Shown here: piece after piece, positions 1-9,076 of the stretch | Numbering within the stretch: position 1 is the stretch's first letter | Layout: the number at the start of each line of letters is the position of its first letter | Sequence record: PP886230 | Strand: one strand, 5' to 3' | From: Escherichia phage vB_EcoM_E9.1 | DNA: 64,000 bases | Made by a program: the position numbers and the translations under genes | The notes under the pieces: model-generated | What the model was told of the DNA's origin: nothing | The model's database searches: none | Seen by the model: the letters and a program-made list of their open reading frames with translations, nothing else

Positions 1-509
1 TAGTCTTCTGCTGCTCACTGAACATGCGTTCAGCAAACGATGAATATTCTTTCCATGTCAGTGGTCTAAATTCTAAACGTAGTCCATTATCTAAATCAAT
101 TGATGGGATTTCTTCAAATGCTTGTGCAGTTTCAAGAAGATATGATAGATTACGTTCAAATCGACCTTCTTTTTCACATTCAGGACATACAACGTTAATA
201 TCATATGTTTCTTCTTTAGAAGCAACTTTAATAGCAATAAGAAGCATTTCAACGTCATTTACATACAACTCATCAGCGTCAATTACATTAGGAACACAGT
301 TTTCAATAACACGGGATACTGCATCTCCGTTTAGTAACATATCGGGGGTATTAAGTGTCATTTCATCACGTGCACTACGTGCACAAACTCCACATTTGAC
401 ACCTTTTGGACCTAGAACTCCTTCTTTATAAGGAATAACGCCGTTTGTAACTAACTTAGTACTGATCTCTTCAATTTTAGTGTACTTAGCAAGTGGATTC
501 ATAGCCATT
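1..509 (-). CDS. Hypothetical protein with two CxxC pairs (zinc ribbon-like); start inside window, continues beyond window start; possibly baseplate-associated
   Basis: Reverse-strand translation from ATG at 509 is open to position 1 (MAMNPLAKYTKIEEISTKLVTNGV...KCGVCARS...CPECEKEG...). GGAG lies 11 nt upstream. The plus-strand ORF 24..431 in the track is its antisense shadow. Function by position only. Confidence 0.6.
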
Positions 510-638
510 TTATTAAATCTCCATGTAATAAATGTGTTTTAGTATTTATAAGACTAAAAAAGATTAAATTAAACTAATTTTTATATTCTCTATAGTTTCA
601 TAAATATTTCTATAATACATCTATTAAAAGGGAATGTT

Positions 639-2843
639 ATGGCTGGAACTACAAGTGATTACCTACTCCAGCAGTTGGTTAATCAAACTAAAGATAACAA
701 CGATAGTTTGAGTGCTATACGTGAGTTATTGGCTGAAAATATAAAAAATGATAGAAAGAAATCCGGTTCTAAAAGTGGAAAACGTAATGGAAGTAATTCA
801 TCAAGTGCTGGAAACCGTGGCTCTCGAACAAATAACAAAGCTGATGATGGTAAAGAATTTGGAAAAATATTCAAATCATTATCATCTGAAGTATCGAATG
901 TCGGCAAAACTATGATGAGTACGTCTGCAAACGTTAGCAATGTTGTAAACTCACTAGGAATGAGTGCATCTTCATTTGCTGGTTCATTAGCAATGATCCC
1001 AGGTCCAGTTGGTGCAGCAGCATCTGCATTCAAATTGGTTGCTGACGCTGGTTTAGCAGTTTATAATGTGTTAAATGCACAGCTTGAAGTTTATAATAGA
1101 ATAAACAGTGCTGGTGTCGCTCTATCTGAAGGTTACGGCTCCATATTAAAAGGTGCTGGTGCATCAATGATGAGTATTGATGCATTTGGTGAAGCATTAC
1201 AAACTCATAGTGCCGTTGTTGCACAATTAGATGGTGCATATGGTGATGGTGTTTCTACATTTGGTAAATTATTGGGTACTGTGCAACAAGCACAAAATCA
1301 ATTAGGTTTATATGGTGTTTCTCAAAAAACATTAACTGATTTAACTGCACGTAATATTAAATTCCAAAAGCAATTTGGTGGAAGAGAAATGTTACGTAGT
1401 ATGGATCAAGCAAAAAGTACTGAACAGTTTATCATGAGTATGACTAAGTTCAGTAAAAGTATGGGTGAGTCAGTTGATGCACTATTAAATAAAACACAAA
1501 ACTTAGATAAATCATTAGACACACGTTCAATGCAAATCGCATTACAAAACTATTCTGGATTATCTAGTAAAGCAGCAGTTGCAACATCAAAAGCATTTAA
1601 CGAAGCTGCTGCCAGTATGGGTGATGCTGGTGCAGATTTTCTACGTTTAATTTCACATCGTTTAACTATTGGTGGAGTACCAGATGATTTATTGACTCCA
1701 GTACTGAACCAATTTGCTGATTTAGGTGAGAACTTGGTACGTAGTGGTGTTACTGATTCACAAGAAATTCGCCGTCAACAATTGGAATTTGTTAAAAAGA
1801 ACAAAGAACTAATAAAGCAAGATTTATTAAATCAGATACAATTAGGAAACACTACGGCAGCAACCTTCAACCAACAACTACTTGATATGGAAGCTGCGAT
1901 TAATGATCCTAAGAGTCAACCAGCAGATAAACTAACACAATTCACTGATAGATTCAATAGATGGATTAGTAAAGAATTTACTGAACCATTTAATAAAATG
2001 TATGCAGATACACAAAATTCTATTGCGGATTACCTTACTGATATTGCAGACCGTACTGATGGTGCATGGGAATTTATCGGAGAGTTAGCACTTGATGGTT
2101 TTGGTTTGGTTCCTATTGCGAAAGATGCAGTTGCGTATTTGGATAGGATTGGTGGTGAGTTTGAGCAGTGGTTAGAAGGGTTAGGTACTGAAATTTTTGG
2201 TAGTGGATATAATAAAGTTTCAGAAGCATTTGATAGCTTTATGAATAACCTAATGGATCTTCCTGGTAAACTTTGGGATTCTGTTAAAGGTTGGTTTGGT
2301 GGATCAGACGACAAAGTAAAAGTAGAAAACAATTCTGTTACCGATGGTGCAGAAAAAGTTAATAATTATTTTGAAGAAAAAATGAATTCATTTGGTGATT
2401 ATATTTCTAGTTCATTTGATGGTTTTTTAAAATGGAATTCAAGTAGAAACTTTAAACAACCAAAACCCCTTGATGAATCAGTTGCTGAAAAACTTATTAG
2501 TAGTGGTCTTGAAAATAAGCCAAGAGCAACTGCGAGAATCGAAAAATCTGAACATGTTGCACCATATGTTACCATAACTCCAAAAACTTTTGATAAATCA
2601 GCATGGGGTCCAAATGAACCACCAATTCAAGCTGAACCGGACGATTATGAGGCCATGAAAGCGATGATAAATAGTGGTAGTAGTATGGCAAATGCTAATA
2701 ATAATGCCACAATATCAGAAGACATGAAAGAGTTACTTAAAAAACTTGCTGATGTTAATGAGCAATCTCTATCTGCCGTGCAACAGACAAATAACTATCT
2801 AAGAACTATCTCTGAAAACACTCAAGGTGAGAGAAACAGTTAA
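639..2843 (+). CDS. Large virion protein, possibly tail tape-measure / hub protein (gp29-like)
   Basis: 734 aa, Ala/Ser/Gly/Gln-rich and predicted alpha-helical with a Lys/Ser-rich N-terminus; sits immediately upstream of the portal gene. Functional call is inference from composition and size. Confidence 0.35.
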   Translation: MAGTTSDYLLQQLVNQTKDNNDSLSAIRELLAENIKNDRKKSGSKSGKRNGSNSSSAGNRGSRTNNKADDGKEFGKIFKSLSSEVSNVGKTMMSTSANVSNVVNSLGMSASSFAGSLAMIPGPVGAAASAFKLVADAGLAVYNVLNAQLEVYNRINSAGVALSEGYGSILKGAGASMMSIDAFGEALQTHSAVVAQLDGAYGDGVSTFGKLLGTVQQAQNQLGLYGVSQKTLTDLTARNIKFQKQFGGREMLRSMDQAKSTEQFIMSMTKFSKSMGESVDALLNKTQNLDKSLDTRSMQIALQNYSGLSSKAAVATSKAFNEAAASMGDAGADFLRLISHRLTIGGVPDDLLTPVLNQFADLGENLVRSGVTDSQEIRRQQLEFVKKNKELIKQDLLNQIQLGNTTAATFNQQLLDMEAAINDPKSQPADKLTQFTDRFNRWISKEFTEPFNKMYADTQNSIADYLTDIADRTDGAWEFIGELALDGFGLVPIAKDAVAYLDRIGGEFEQWLEGLGTEIFGSGYNKVSEAFDSFMNNLMDLPGKLWDSVKGWFGGSDDKVKVENNSVTDGAEKVNNYFEEKMNSFGDYISSSFDGFLKWNSSRNFKQPKPLDESVAEKLISSGLENKPRATARIEKSEHVAPYVTITPKTFDKSAWGPNEPPIQAEPDDYEAMKAMINSGSSMANANNNATISEDMKELLKKLADVNEQSLSAVQQTNNYLRTISENTQGERNS

Positions 2844-2854
2844 GGACGAAAATA

Positions 2855-4594
2855 ATGAGTTGGAAACGACATATGACAGTGGGAAGGTCTAAACTATCGA
2901 CCATCCCAAATCAGTCCAGTAATAGCAATAAATCAACAGGAACGAAAACAAATTTCGCTTCCTATCTTCCTGTTGTATATAATGGATTGGCAAACCGTAC
3001 TGAGCGTTATAGTCAGTATGAGCAAATGGACCAAGATCCTGAAATTAGAACTGCATTGAATATAATTGCTGACTTTTGTACCCAAAGTACTGAAGATTTT
3101 GGTTTACCATATAAAATCAAATATAAAGATGACATTGGTGATACTGAAGTAACGACTATTGAAGATCGTTTAGATGCATGGACTGAACAAAATGATTTTA
3201 AAACACGAATGTATGAAATTGTGCGTGGTCTTCTGAAATATGGTGATCAATTTTTCATTCGAGATCCAGAAACATTCGATTGGTATTGGGTAAGCCCCAA
3301 AAATGTTGAGCAAGTATTTGTTAACGAAGCCACTGGTAAAACACCAGTAATTTATTATATACGTGACGTATCATTAAATTTGAAAGATAAAGTTTTTAGT
3401 AACCTTCAAGTAGGATTTGATAAAACCGCTTATCCAGGAGCTATTCCGACAACAATGGGTGGCGGTGGTTCAGTAGCTGCGGGTGGTGCATCTGGTTTTA
3501 CAAGTCAAGGAAATACTGCTGACCCATTCAGTACTAACGGTCAATTAGACGTTATTCCTGTTGGTGCAGAACACGTAATTCATCTAACGCTAAATACAGG
3601 ACAAGATGGGGTATGGCCTTTTGGTACTAGTATACTTGAGGACGTATTTAAAGTCTATAAGCAAAAAGAACTTCTGGAAGATAGTATCATAATTTATCGT
3701 GTACAACGTGCACCTGAGCGTCGTGTATTTAAAATTGATGTTGGTGATATGCAAGCACACCAAGCGATGGCTTATGTTGAAAGATTTAAAAATGAAATCC
3801 ACCAGCGTAGAATACCTTCAAACAAAGGTGGAAGTACTTCATTAATGGATGCAGCATATAATCCATTAAGCATTTTAGAAGACTACTTTTTCCCACAAAC
3901 TTCTGAAGGTCGTGGTTCAGATGTTCAAACATTACCAGGCGGTGATAACTTAGGACAAATTGATGACTTACGTTATTTTAATAATAAATTGATTCGTGGT
4001 CTTCAAATACCAGCTTCTTATCTACCACAAGGTCCAGATGATGGTGGTGTTTCATTATTTGGTGATGGTGCTACACAAGCTATGGCAAGTGAATTGCGAT
4101 TCAATAATCAATGTATGCGTTATCAACGTTTAGTTGCAAAACATTTTGATGCTGAATTCAAAAGATTTATGGTTAAAAATGGATATAACATTAGTACTTC
4201 ATCTTTTGAAGTTATTATGAATCCACCTATTAACTTAGCTTCTTATCGTAAAGCTGAACTAGATGCTAAACTAATTAATACATATCTTCCTCTTAATGAC
4301 TTGCCTTATATGGCGAAACAAACAATTCTTGAAAAAATGGGCTTTTCTAAAGCTGATATTGTTAAGAATGAACAAATGTGGTTACAAGAGAATCCACAAG
4401 ATGGTTCCCAACCTTCTGGTGGTGAAGAAGATTCCGCTGGATTACAGTCTGTTGGTATTGATGCTCCAAATGATCCTGGAATGGATCTTGGTATTGATGG
4501 AGAAGGTAATTTGGAAAGTGCTGATGCCGAATACCAAGAGCAACAGAGTGGAAGTGGTGGTTTCAACCCTAATAATTTAGGCAATTCTTTTTAA
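2855..4594 (+). CDS. gp20: Portal vertex protein (T4 gp20 family)
   Basis: Segment LLEDSIIIYRVQRAPERRVFKIDVGDM...QTLPGGDNLGQIDDLRYF matches the remembered T4 gp20 core ([27 protein letters not shown]...DTLPGADNTGNMEDIRWF). Confidence 0.92.
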   Translation: MSWKRHMTVGRSKLSTIPNQSSNSNKSTGTKTNFASYLPVVYNGLANRTERYSQYEQMDQDPEIRTALNIIADFCTQSTEDFGLPYKIKYKDDIGDTEVTTIEDRLDAWTEQNDFKTRMYEIVRGLLKYGDQFFIRDPETFDWYWVSPKNVEQVFVNEATGKTPVIYYIRDVSLNLKDKVFSNLQVGFDKTAYPGAIPTTMGGGGSVAAGGASGFTSQGNTADPFSTNGQLDVIPVGAEHVIHLTLNTGQDGVWPFGTSILEDVFKVYKQKELLEDSIIIYRVQRAPERRVFKIDVGDMQAHQAMAYVERFKNEIHQRRIPSNKGGSTSLMDAAYNPLSILEDYFFPQTSEGRGSDVQTLPGGDNLGQIDDLRYFNNKLIRGLQIPASYLPQGPDDGGVSLFGDGATQAMASELRFNNQCMRYQRLVAKHFDAEFKRFMVKNGYNISTSSFEVIMNPPINLASYRKAELDAKLINTYLPLNDLPYMAKQTILEKMGFSKADIVKNEQMWLQENPQDGSQPSGGEEDSAGLQSVGIDAPNDPGMDLGIDGEGNLESADAEYQEQQSGSGGFNPNNLGNSF

Positions 4595-4615
4595 ACATAA
4601 ATAACAGTGTATAAG

Positions 4616-4645
4616 AATGAGGGTTTATTTTTACCCTCATTTATA
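4616..4645 (+). terminator. Hairpin after portal gene (9-bp stem aatgagggt/accctcatt, U-rich loop); weak terminator or processing site
   Basis: Perfect inverted repeat 4616-4624 / 4633-4641; downstream T-tract is short. Confidence 0.4.
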
Positions 4646-4667
4646 ATGCATATTTCAAGGAGATCAA

Positions 4668-4895
4668 ATGTTAAAGGACATCTTTGAATCTAGCAGTGAT
4701 TCAATGTACGACCCTGAAGATGATCAGAACGTATATAAAATTACTGATTCCAGAAAACCGAAACTAACATTACAAGTATTAAACAACTTAAGAAAGTACC
4801 GTGAATTTAAAGCACATGAAGAACAACGCCGCAAAAATGTGGTTGCAGTTGTTTATGCCGCTACACCAACTGGTGACGGTTCTGGGTTAATGTAA
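4668..4895 (+). CDS. Small prohead core protein (gp67-like by position and size)
   Basis: 75-aa ORF between portal and core/protease genes, mirroring T4 order 20-67-68-21. Confidence 0.45.
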   Translation: MLKDIFESSSDSMYDPEDDQNVYKITDSRKPKLTLQVLNNLRKYREFKAHEEQRRKNVVAVVYAATPTGDGSGLM

Positions 4896-4946
4896 ATCAA
4901 AAATCGCACTTTTTAAAGCTTTTAAAAAAGGCGATTTTATTCAGTA

Positions 4947-4963
4947 CTAAATAATATCATACT
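4947..4963 (+). promoter_or_regulatory. Late-promoter-like motif CTAAATAATATCATACT
   Basis: 16-nt stretch taaataatatcatact is identical to the one upstream of the major capsid gene (7712-7727); resembles the T4 late promoter TATAAATA. Confidence 0.5.
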
Positions 4964-4996
4964 TTATACGAATGTAATATATCTATGGAGGATATA

Positions 4997-5845
4997 ATGG
5001 CGAATTTAAAACTACTACAAGAAGCAATTGCGGCGTTTGCAAATGGCGAACAAGATATTGCTGATAAAAAAATGCGTAAGTATTTCGTTGAGCAAGCTCA
5101 AGAAATTAACAAACAACTAGAAGAAAGCATGGAAGATGAAGACGACGATGAAGATTGTGAAGTCGAAGTTAAAGTCAAAGATGAAGAAAAGCTTGACGAA
5201 GATTTTGATGTACAACCAGACGAAGGTCTAAATGCTGAAATCGAATACACCCTTGGTGAAGAAGATGAAAGTGCAGAAGAAGAAGTTGAATTCTCTGCTG
5301 ATGCAGATGGTGACGGTGAAGACGATGTTGACGTTGAAGTGAAAGCTGATGCTGATGTTCCTTCCGAAGACCAATGGGAATCAATCCAAGATGCTTTCCG
5401 TGGCCTACAACAAATGTTTGATGAAATCGGTGACGGTGAAGTTGATCTAGATTCTGAAGAAGAAGTAGAAGATAGCGAAGAAGAAGTTGGCGTTGACGGT
5501 GACGACGAATTTGCTGATGTTGAATTCGGTGATGAAAAATTCGGTGAATCCTTCAAACTAGAAAAAGTTGCTCCAGTTGATAAGAAAGAAAAAGCTGGCA
5601 CTCATTCCAAATCTCCAGTAGCACCAGAAGCTAAATCTCCAGTAGCAGGAGCAGAGCCAGTTAAATTCGCTAAGAAAACTGACCAAGCACCACTACTAGA
5701 CCTAGATGATAAATCTGTTCTACCAAAAGATAGTCTAGATCTTGGTAAAAATGCTCGCGGTGAAATGAAAGATGTTAAAGCACCAAAAACTACTGCATCT
5801 AATTCTAAATCACCACTAAGCAAAGCACAACCTAAACTAAAATAA
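4997..5845 (+). CDS. Highly acidic prohead core / internal protein (gp68-like by position)
   Basis: Extremely Asp/Glu-rich ORF with a basic Lys/Pro/Ser-rich tail containing KSPVA repeats; GGAGGA RBS at 4987-4992 favours ATG 4997 over the track start 4985. Confidence 0.6.
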   Translation: MANLKLLQEAIAAFANGEQDIADKKMRKYFVEQAQEINKQLEESMEDEDDDEDCEVEVKVKDEEKLDEDFDVQPDEGLNAEIEYTLGEEDESAEEEVEFSADADGDGEDDVDVEVKADADVPSEDQWESIQDAFRGLQQMFDEIGDGEVDLDSEEEVEDSEEEVGVDGDDEFADVEFGDEKFGESFKLEKVAPVDKKEKAGTHSKSPVAPEAKSPVAGAEPVKFAKKTDQAPLLDLDDKSVLPKDSLDLGKNARGEMKDVKAPKTTASNSKSPLSKAQPKLK

Positions 5846-5865
5846 ATATCTGAAAGGAGATCATT

Positions 5866-6489
5866 ATGAGTAGTATGATTCGTGAATGGTCTTCATTCAA
5901 TGATTCTAAAGTTGTTTTGGAACATCGTGATAATGGATTTGGTGGGCGTGACTGCTATCTTCGTGGTATTGCTATTCAAGCCGACCAACGAAATTTGAAC
6001 GAGAGAATTTACCCTTTATCTGAAATTACAAGGGCAGTAAATAACATGAACCAGCGTTTAGCTAAAGGTGAAAGCATTCTTGTTGAATGTGACCATCCAG
6101 AAACACTAACTATTAACCTAGACCGAGTAGCAGCAATGATTACTAAGGTTTGGATGGAAGGTGCTAATGGTATGGCAGAAATCAAACTACTTGATACTGC
6201 ACATGGTCAAAATATCCGTAAAATGCTAGAGGCTGGTGTAAAACTTGGTGTAAGTTCTCGCGGTTCCGGTAACGTTGATTATAATGGAATAGTTTCTGAT
6301 TTTGAAATTATCACTATTGATATTGTTGCTCAACCTAGTGCTCCAGAAGCATACCCAACAGCGGTATTTGAATCTCTGATGAGTAAGTACGGATCACCTT
6401 GTAATAGTTCTAAAAAAATCACTGAATCTAAAAAAGTAAATAATTTAGATTCTGAAATATACGATTTTTTCAAGAAATTAAAAGGTTAA
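5866..6489 (+). CDS. gp21: Prohead core protease (T4 gp21 family)
   Basis: Motif GIAIQADQRNLNERIYPLSEI matches the conserved prohead protease region (ADxxNRNGRVYP type); sits between core and scaffold genes. Confidence 0.8.
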   Translation: MSSMIREWSSFNDSKVVLEHRDNGFGGRDCYLRGIAIQADQRNLNERIYPLSEITRAVNNMNQRLAKGESILVECDHPETLTINLDRVAAMITKVWMEGANGMAEIKLLDTAHGQNIRKMLEAGVKLGVSSRGSGNVDYNGIVSDFEIITIDIVAQPSAPEAYPTAVFESLMSKYGSPCNSSKKITESKKVNNLDSEIYDFFKKLKG

Positions 6490-6500
6490 CATTTTAAAAA

Positions 6501-6532
6501 TATAAATATCTGTATGTTGAAGTACAGATATT
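6501..6532 (+). promoter_or_regulatory. TATAAATA late-promoter box overlapping a 10-bp perfect hairpin (aatatctgta / tacagatatt)
   Basis: TATAAATA at 6501-6508; inverted repeat 6505-6514 / 6523-6532 with 8-nt loop, between protease and scaffold genes. Confidence 0.45.
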
Positions 6533-6555
6533 TCAGTACTTAAAGGAGAGAACGA

Positions 6556-7671
6556 ATGTCTAAATTAGAAAAGCTTCTAAAAGAATCATCTCTTTCTGAT
6601 GAGGCAAAACAGCTAATTCAGGAAGCATGGAATGAAGAAAAGAATACACTAGCCGCAGAGATGCGTGAAGAAATGAAAGGCCGTTATCAGCAAGATTTGG
6701 CTGAACTAACCGAAGGTTTGAATACTATGGTTACTCAAGTCATTGCTGAAGAAATGGGTGCTGTATATGAAGAGAAAAAACGTCTCGTTGAAGATCGTGT
6801 AACTCTACGTAAAACACTAAGCAATTTCTCTGCGTTTTCAAACTCTGTTTTGGCTGAAGAAGTTAAACAAATGCGTAAAGAACGTAAGCATCTTCATGAA
6901 TGCATGGGTAAATTCGTTAATTTTTCTAACGGTATACTAGCAGAAGAGCTAAAAGAATTCCACACTGAAAAACGTCAACTAGTTGAAACTCGCGTTAAAC
7001 TACTTGCTGAAGGTTCACGTCAAATTGCTGAAGCTCGTAATAACTTCATCAAACGTACATCTGAAAGTGCTGCTAAATATATTGCAGAAACCACTCAGAA
7101 GAATCTATATGCGTTGAAACAAGATCTAGTGGAAGCAAAACAAAATATGTTTGGTCGTAAAATCTTTGAAGCATTTGCTCAAGAGTTTAATGTCAAACAA
7201 TTTAATGAAAACTCATTGCTACGTTCCCTAACTGAATCAATTAAATCTAAAGAAGATGAAATTGCTCAAGTTAAGCAAGAACTACATGAAACTGCTAATG
7301 CGGTTAAAGCTGCTAAAACCAAACTACGTATTATGGAAGATGCACAAGCACGTAATGCGATTATGTCTGAACTAGTAAAACCACTAACTGCACAGCAAAA
7401 ACAAATTATGGAATCCCTTCTAGCTACTTCACCTACTGAAAAGCTTAAAGAAGATTTCAGCAAGTACCATAAGTCAGTACTTAACGGTACTAAAGTAAAT
7501 GAATCTGCTACCACTCGTCAAGCAGTTCAGTCTTCCGCTAAGAAAACTCTTGCAGAAGGTAAAGTAATCACTGGCAACCGTCAGGCTATTGTTGAAAGCG
7601 AAGAAATGACCGCTGACGATATGGCATTCCTAAAAGAACTCGATGTTCTTTCAGGTATCAATAAAAAATAA
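6556..7671 (+). CDS. gp22: Prohead scaffold protein (gp22-like)
   Basis: 371 aa, charged, predicted coiled-coil (E/K/Q/A-rich); directly upstream of major capsid gene as in T4. Confidence 0.7.
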   Translation: MSKLEKLLKESSLSDEAKQLIQEAWNEEKNTLAAEMREEMKGRYQQDLAELTEGLNTMVTQVIAEEMGAVYEEKKRLVEDRVTLRKTLSNFSAFSNSVLAEEVKQMRKERKHLHECMGKFVNFSNGILAEELKEFHTEKRQLVETRVKLLAEGSRQIAEARNNFIKRTSESAAKYIAETTQKNLYALKQDLVEAKQNMFGRKIFEAFAQEFNVKQFNENSLLRSLTESIKSKEDEIAQVKQELHETANAVKAAKTKLRIMEDAQARNAIMSELVKPLTAQQKQIMESLLATSPTEKLKEDFSKYHKSVLNGTKVNESATTRQAVQSSAKKTLAEGKVITGNRQAIVESEEMTADDMAFLKELDVLSGINKK

Positions 7672-7709
7672 ACATTTTAAAGCATTTTAATAATCAAATT
7701 TTTCAGTTC

Positions 7710-7727
7710 TATAAATAATATCATACT
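7710..7727 (+). promoter_or_regulatory. Late promoter TATAAATA plus conserved extension (TATAAATAATATCATACT)
   Basis: Exact T4 late-promoter consensus TATAAATA at 7710-7717, about 45 nt upstream of the capsid gene start. Confidence 0.65.
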
Positions 7728-7762
7728 GAAAAACGAATATAACATCTTTAAGGAGATATATA

Positions 7763-8938
7763 ATGTCACAACTACTAAATGAATCCAAATGGGTAGCAGT
7801 AAAAGAGAAACTAGTTGAAGGTCTACAGGGTACTCGTAAGTCTGTAATGGAAACTGTTCTTGATAACCATCGTAAAGTTATGCTAACTGAATCCGCAACT
7901 TCTGGTGCAACTACCGCTGGTAACATCGCTACTCTAAACAAAGTGATTCTACCAATTATGCGTCGTGTAATGCCAACCGTTATTGCTAACGAAATCATCG
8001 GTGTTCAACCAATGACTGGTCCAGTTGGTCAGATCCACACCCTACGTGTGCAATATGCTGATAACGCACCTGGTGTTATCGCTGGTGAAGAAATGCTTTC
8101 TCCATACAAAATCGCTAAATCCTACTCTGGTGATCTAAATGCGGATAATAGCAACCCACAAGCTGCTCCTACTAGCCAACTAGAAGGTACTATGGGTCGT
8201 CGCGTTAACATCCGTATTCTACGTGAAACTGTTGAAGCGAAATCTCGTCGTCTATCTGCACGTTGGACTGTTGAATCTGCACAAGATGCTCAATCCCAAC
8301 ATGGTGTTGACGTTGAAGCAGAACTAATGGCTGCAATCGCTCAAGAAGTTACCGTAGAAATCGACCAAGAGCTACTAAGCCGTCTACGTGCACTACCTGG
8401 TGCTGCTGCTGTAACTTATGACCAATCTAAAGTTACTGGTGTTGCAACCTTCGTTGGTGATGAGCACGCTGCTCTAGCAACTCTAATTAACCGTCAAGCA
8501 AACGAAGTTGCTCGTCGTACTAAGCGTGGTGCTGCAAACTGGGCTGTTGTTTCCCCAACTGCACTAACCATTCTACAATCTGCTACTACTTCTAGCTTTG
8601 CACGTACCACTGAAGGTACTTTCGAAGCACCAACTAACGTTAAGTTTGTAGGTACTCTAAACAGCACTATGCGTATTTTTGTTGATACTTATGCAAGTGA
8701 TGCAGAAGATATTCTAATTGGTTATAAAGGTAATGCAGAAACTGATGCTGGGGTGTTCTATTGCCCATACATCCCACTAATGGCTTCCGGTACTGTAATG
8801 GACCCTAACACTGGGGAACTCGTGACCACATTCCTTACCAGGTATGGTTATGTACAATTGACTGATAGTACTTCTTCTCTTGGTAACGCTGCTGACTACT
8901 ACAGCAAAATCGCTATCAAAAACGTTACTTTCATGTAA
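7763..8938 (+). CDS. gp23: Major capsid protein (T4 gp23 family)
   Basis: VIANEIIGVQPMTGPVGQIHTLRVQYA and NIRILRETVEAKSRRLSARWTVESAQD...HGVDVEAELMAAIAQEV match remembered T4 gp23 blocks (LIAFDICGVQPMNSPTGQVFALRAVYG; IDKQVIEAKSRQLKAAYSIELAQD). Confidence 0.93.
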   Translation: MSQLLNESKWVAVKEKLVEGLQGTRKSVMETVLDNHRKVMLTESATSGATTAGNIATLNKVILPIMRRVMPTVIANEIIGVQPMTGPVGQIHTLRVQYADNAPGVIAGEEMLSPYKIAKSYSGDLNADNSNPQAAPTSQLEGTMGRRVNIRILRETVEAKSRRLSARWTVESAQDAQSQHGVDVEAELMAAIAQEVTVEIDQELLSRLRALPGAAAVTYDQSKVTGVATFVGDEHAALATLINRQANEVARRTKRGAANWAVVSPTALTILQSATTSSFARTTEGTFEAPTNVKFVGTLNSTMRIFVDTYASDAEDILIGYKGNAETDAGVFYCPYIPLMASGTVMDPNTGELVTTFLTRYGYVQLTDSTSSLGNAADYYSKIAIKNVTFM

Positions 8939-8982
8939 TTGTAATAGATTTAAAAGATTTAATCAAGAAATTAAAAACAATA

Positions 8983-9010
8983 GGGACTCTTCGGAGTCCC
9001 TTTTCTTTTT
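8983..9010 (+). terminator. Rho-independent terminator after capsid gene
   Basis: gggactc-ttcg-gagtccc hairpin followed by ttttcttttt. Confidence 0.8.
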
Positions 9011-9013
9011 GTG

Positions 9014-9042
9014 TTGACACACCATCTTTTTTGTGTAATAAT
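9014..9042 (+). promoter_or_regulatory. Sigma70-type promoter (TTGACA-N16/17-TAATAAT)
   Basis: TTGACA at 9014-9019 with -10-like TAATAAT about 17 nt downstream, just after the capsid terminator. Confidence 0.6.
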
Positions 9043-9076
9043 ACGCGTACATTATAAATGAAGAAGAGGAATTTTC

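Noticed and set aside
24-431. Plus-strand ORF (135 aa) at the window start
   Set aside because: The opposite strand carries a longer, RBS-preceded ORF open to position 1 with a coherent protein sequence; the plus-strand ORF is its antisense shadow.
683-2332. Minus-strand ORFs 683..1033, 1030..1239 and 2030..2332 inside the 734-aa gene
   Set aside because: Fully embedded antisense in a long plus-strand CDS, low-complexity translations, no RBS or promoter; typical artefacts of AT-rich sequence.
5098-5823. Minus-strand Ser-rich ORFs (167, 69 and 73 aa) opposite the acidic core-protein gene
   Set aside because: Ser-rich translation is the mirror image of the GAA/GAT-rich sense strand; an antisense artefact.
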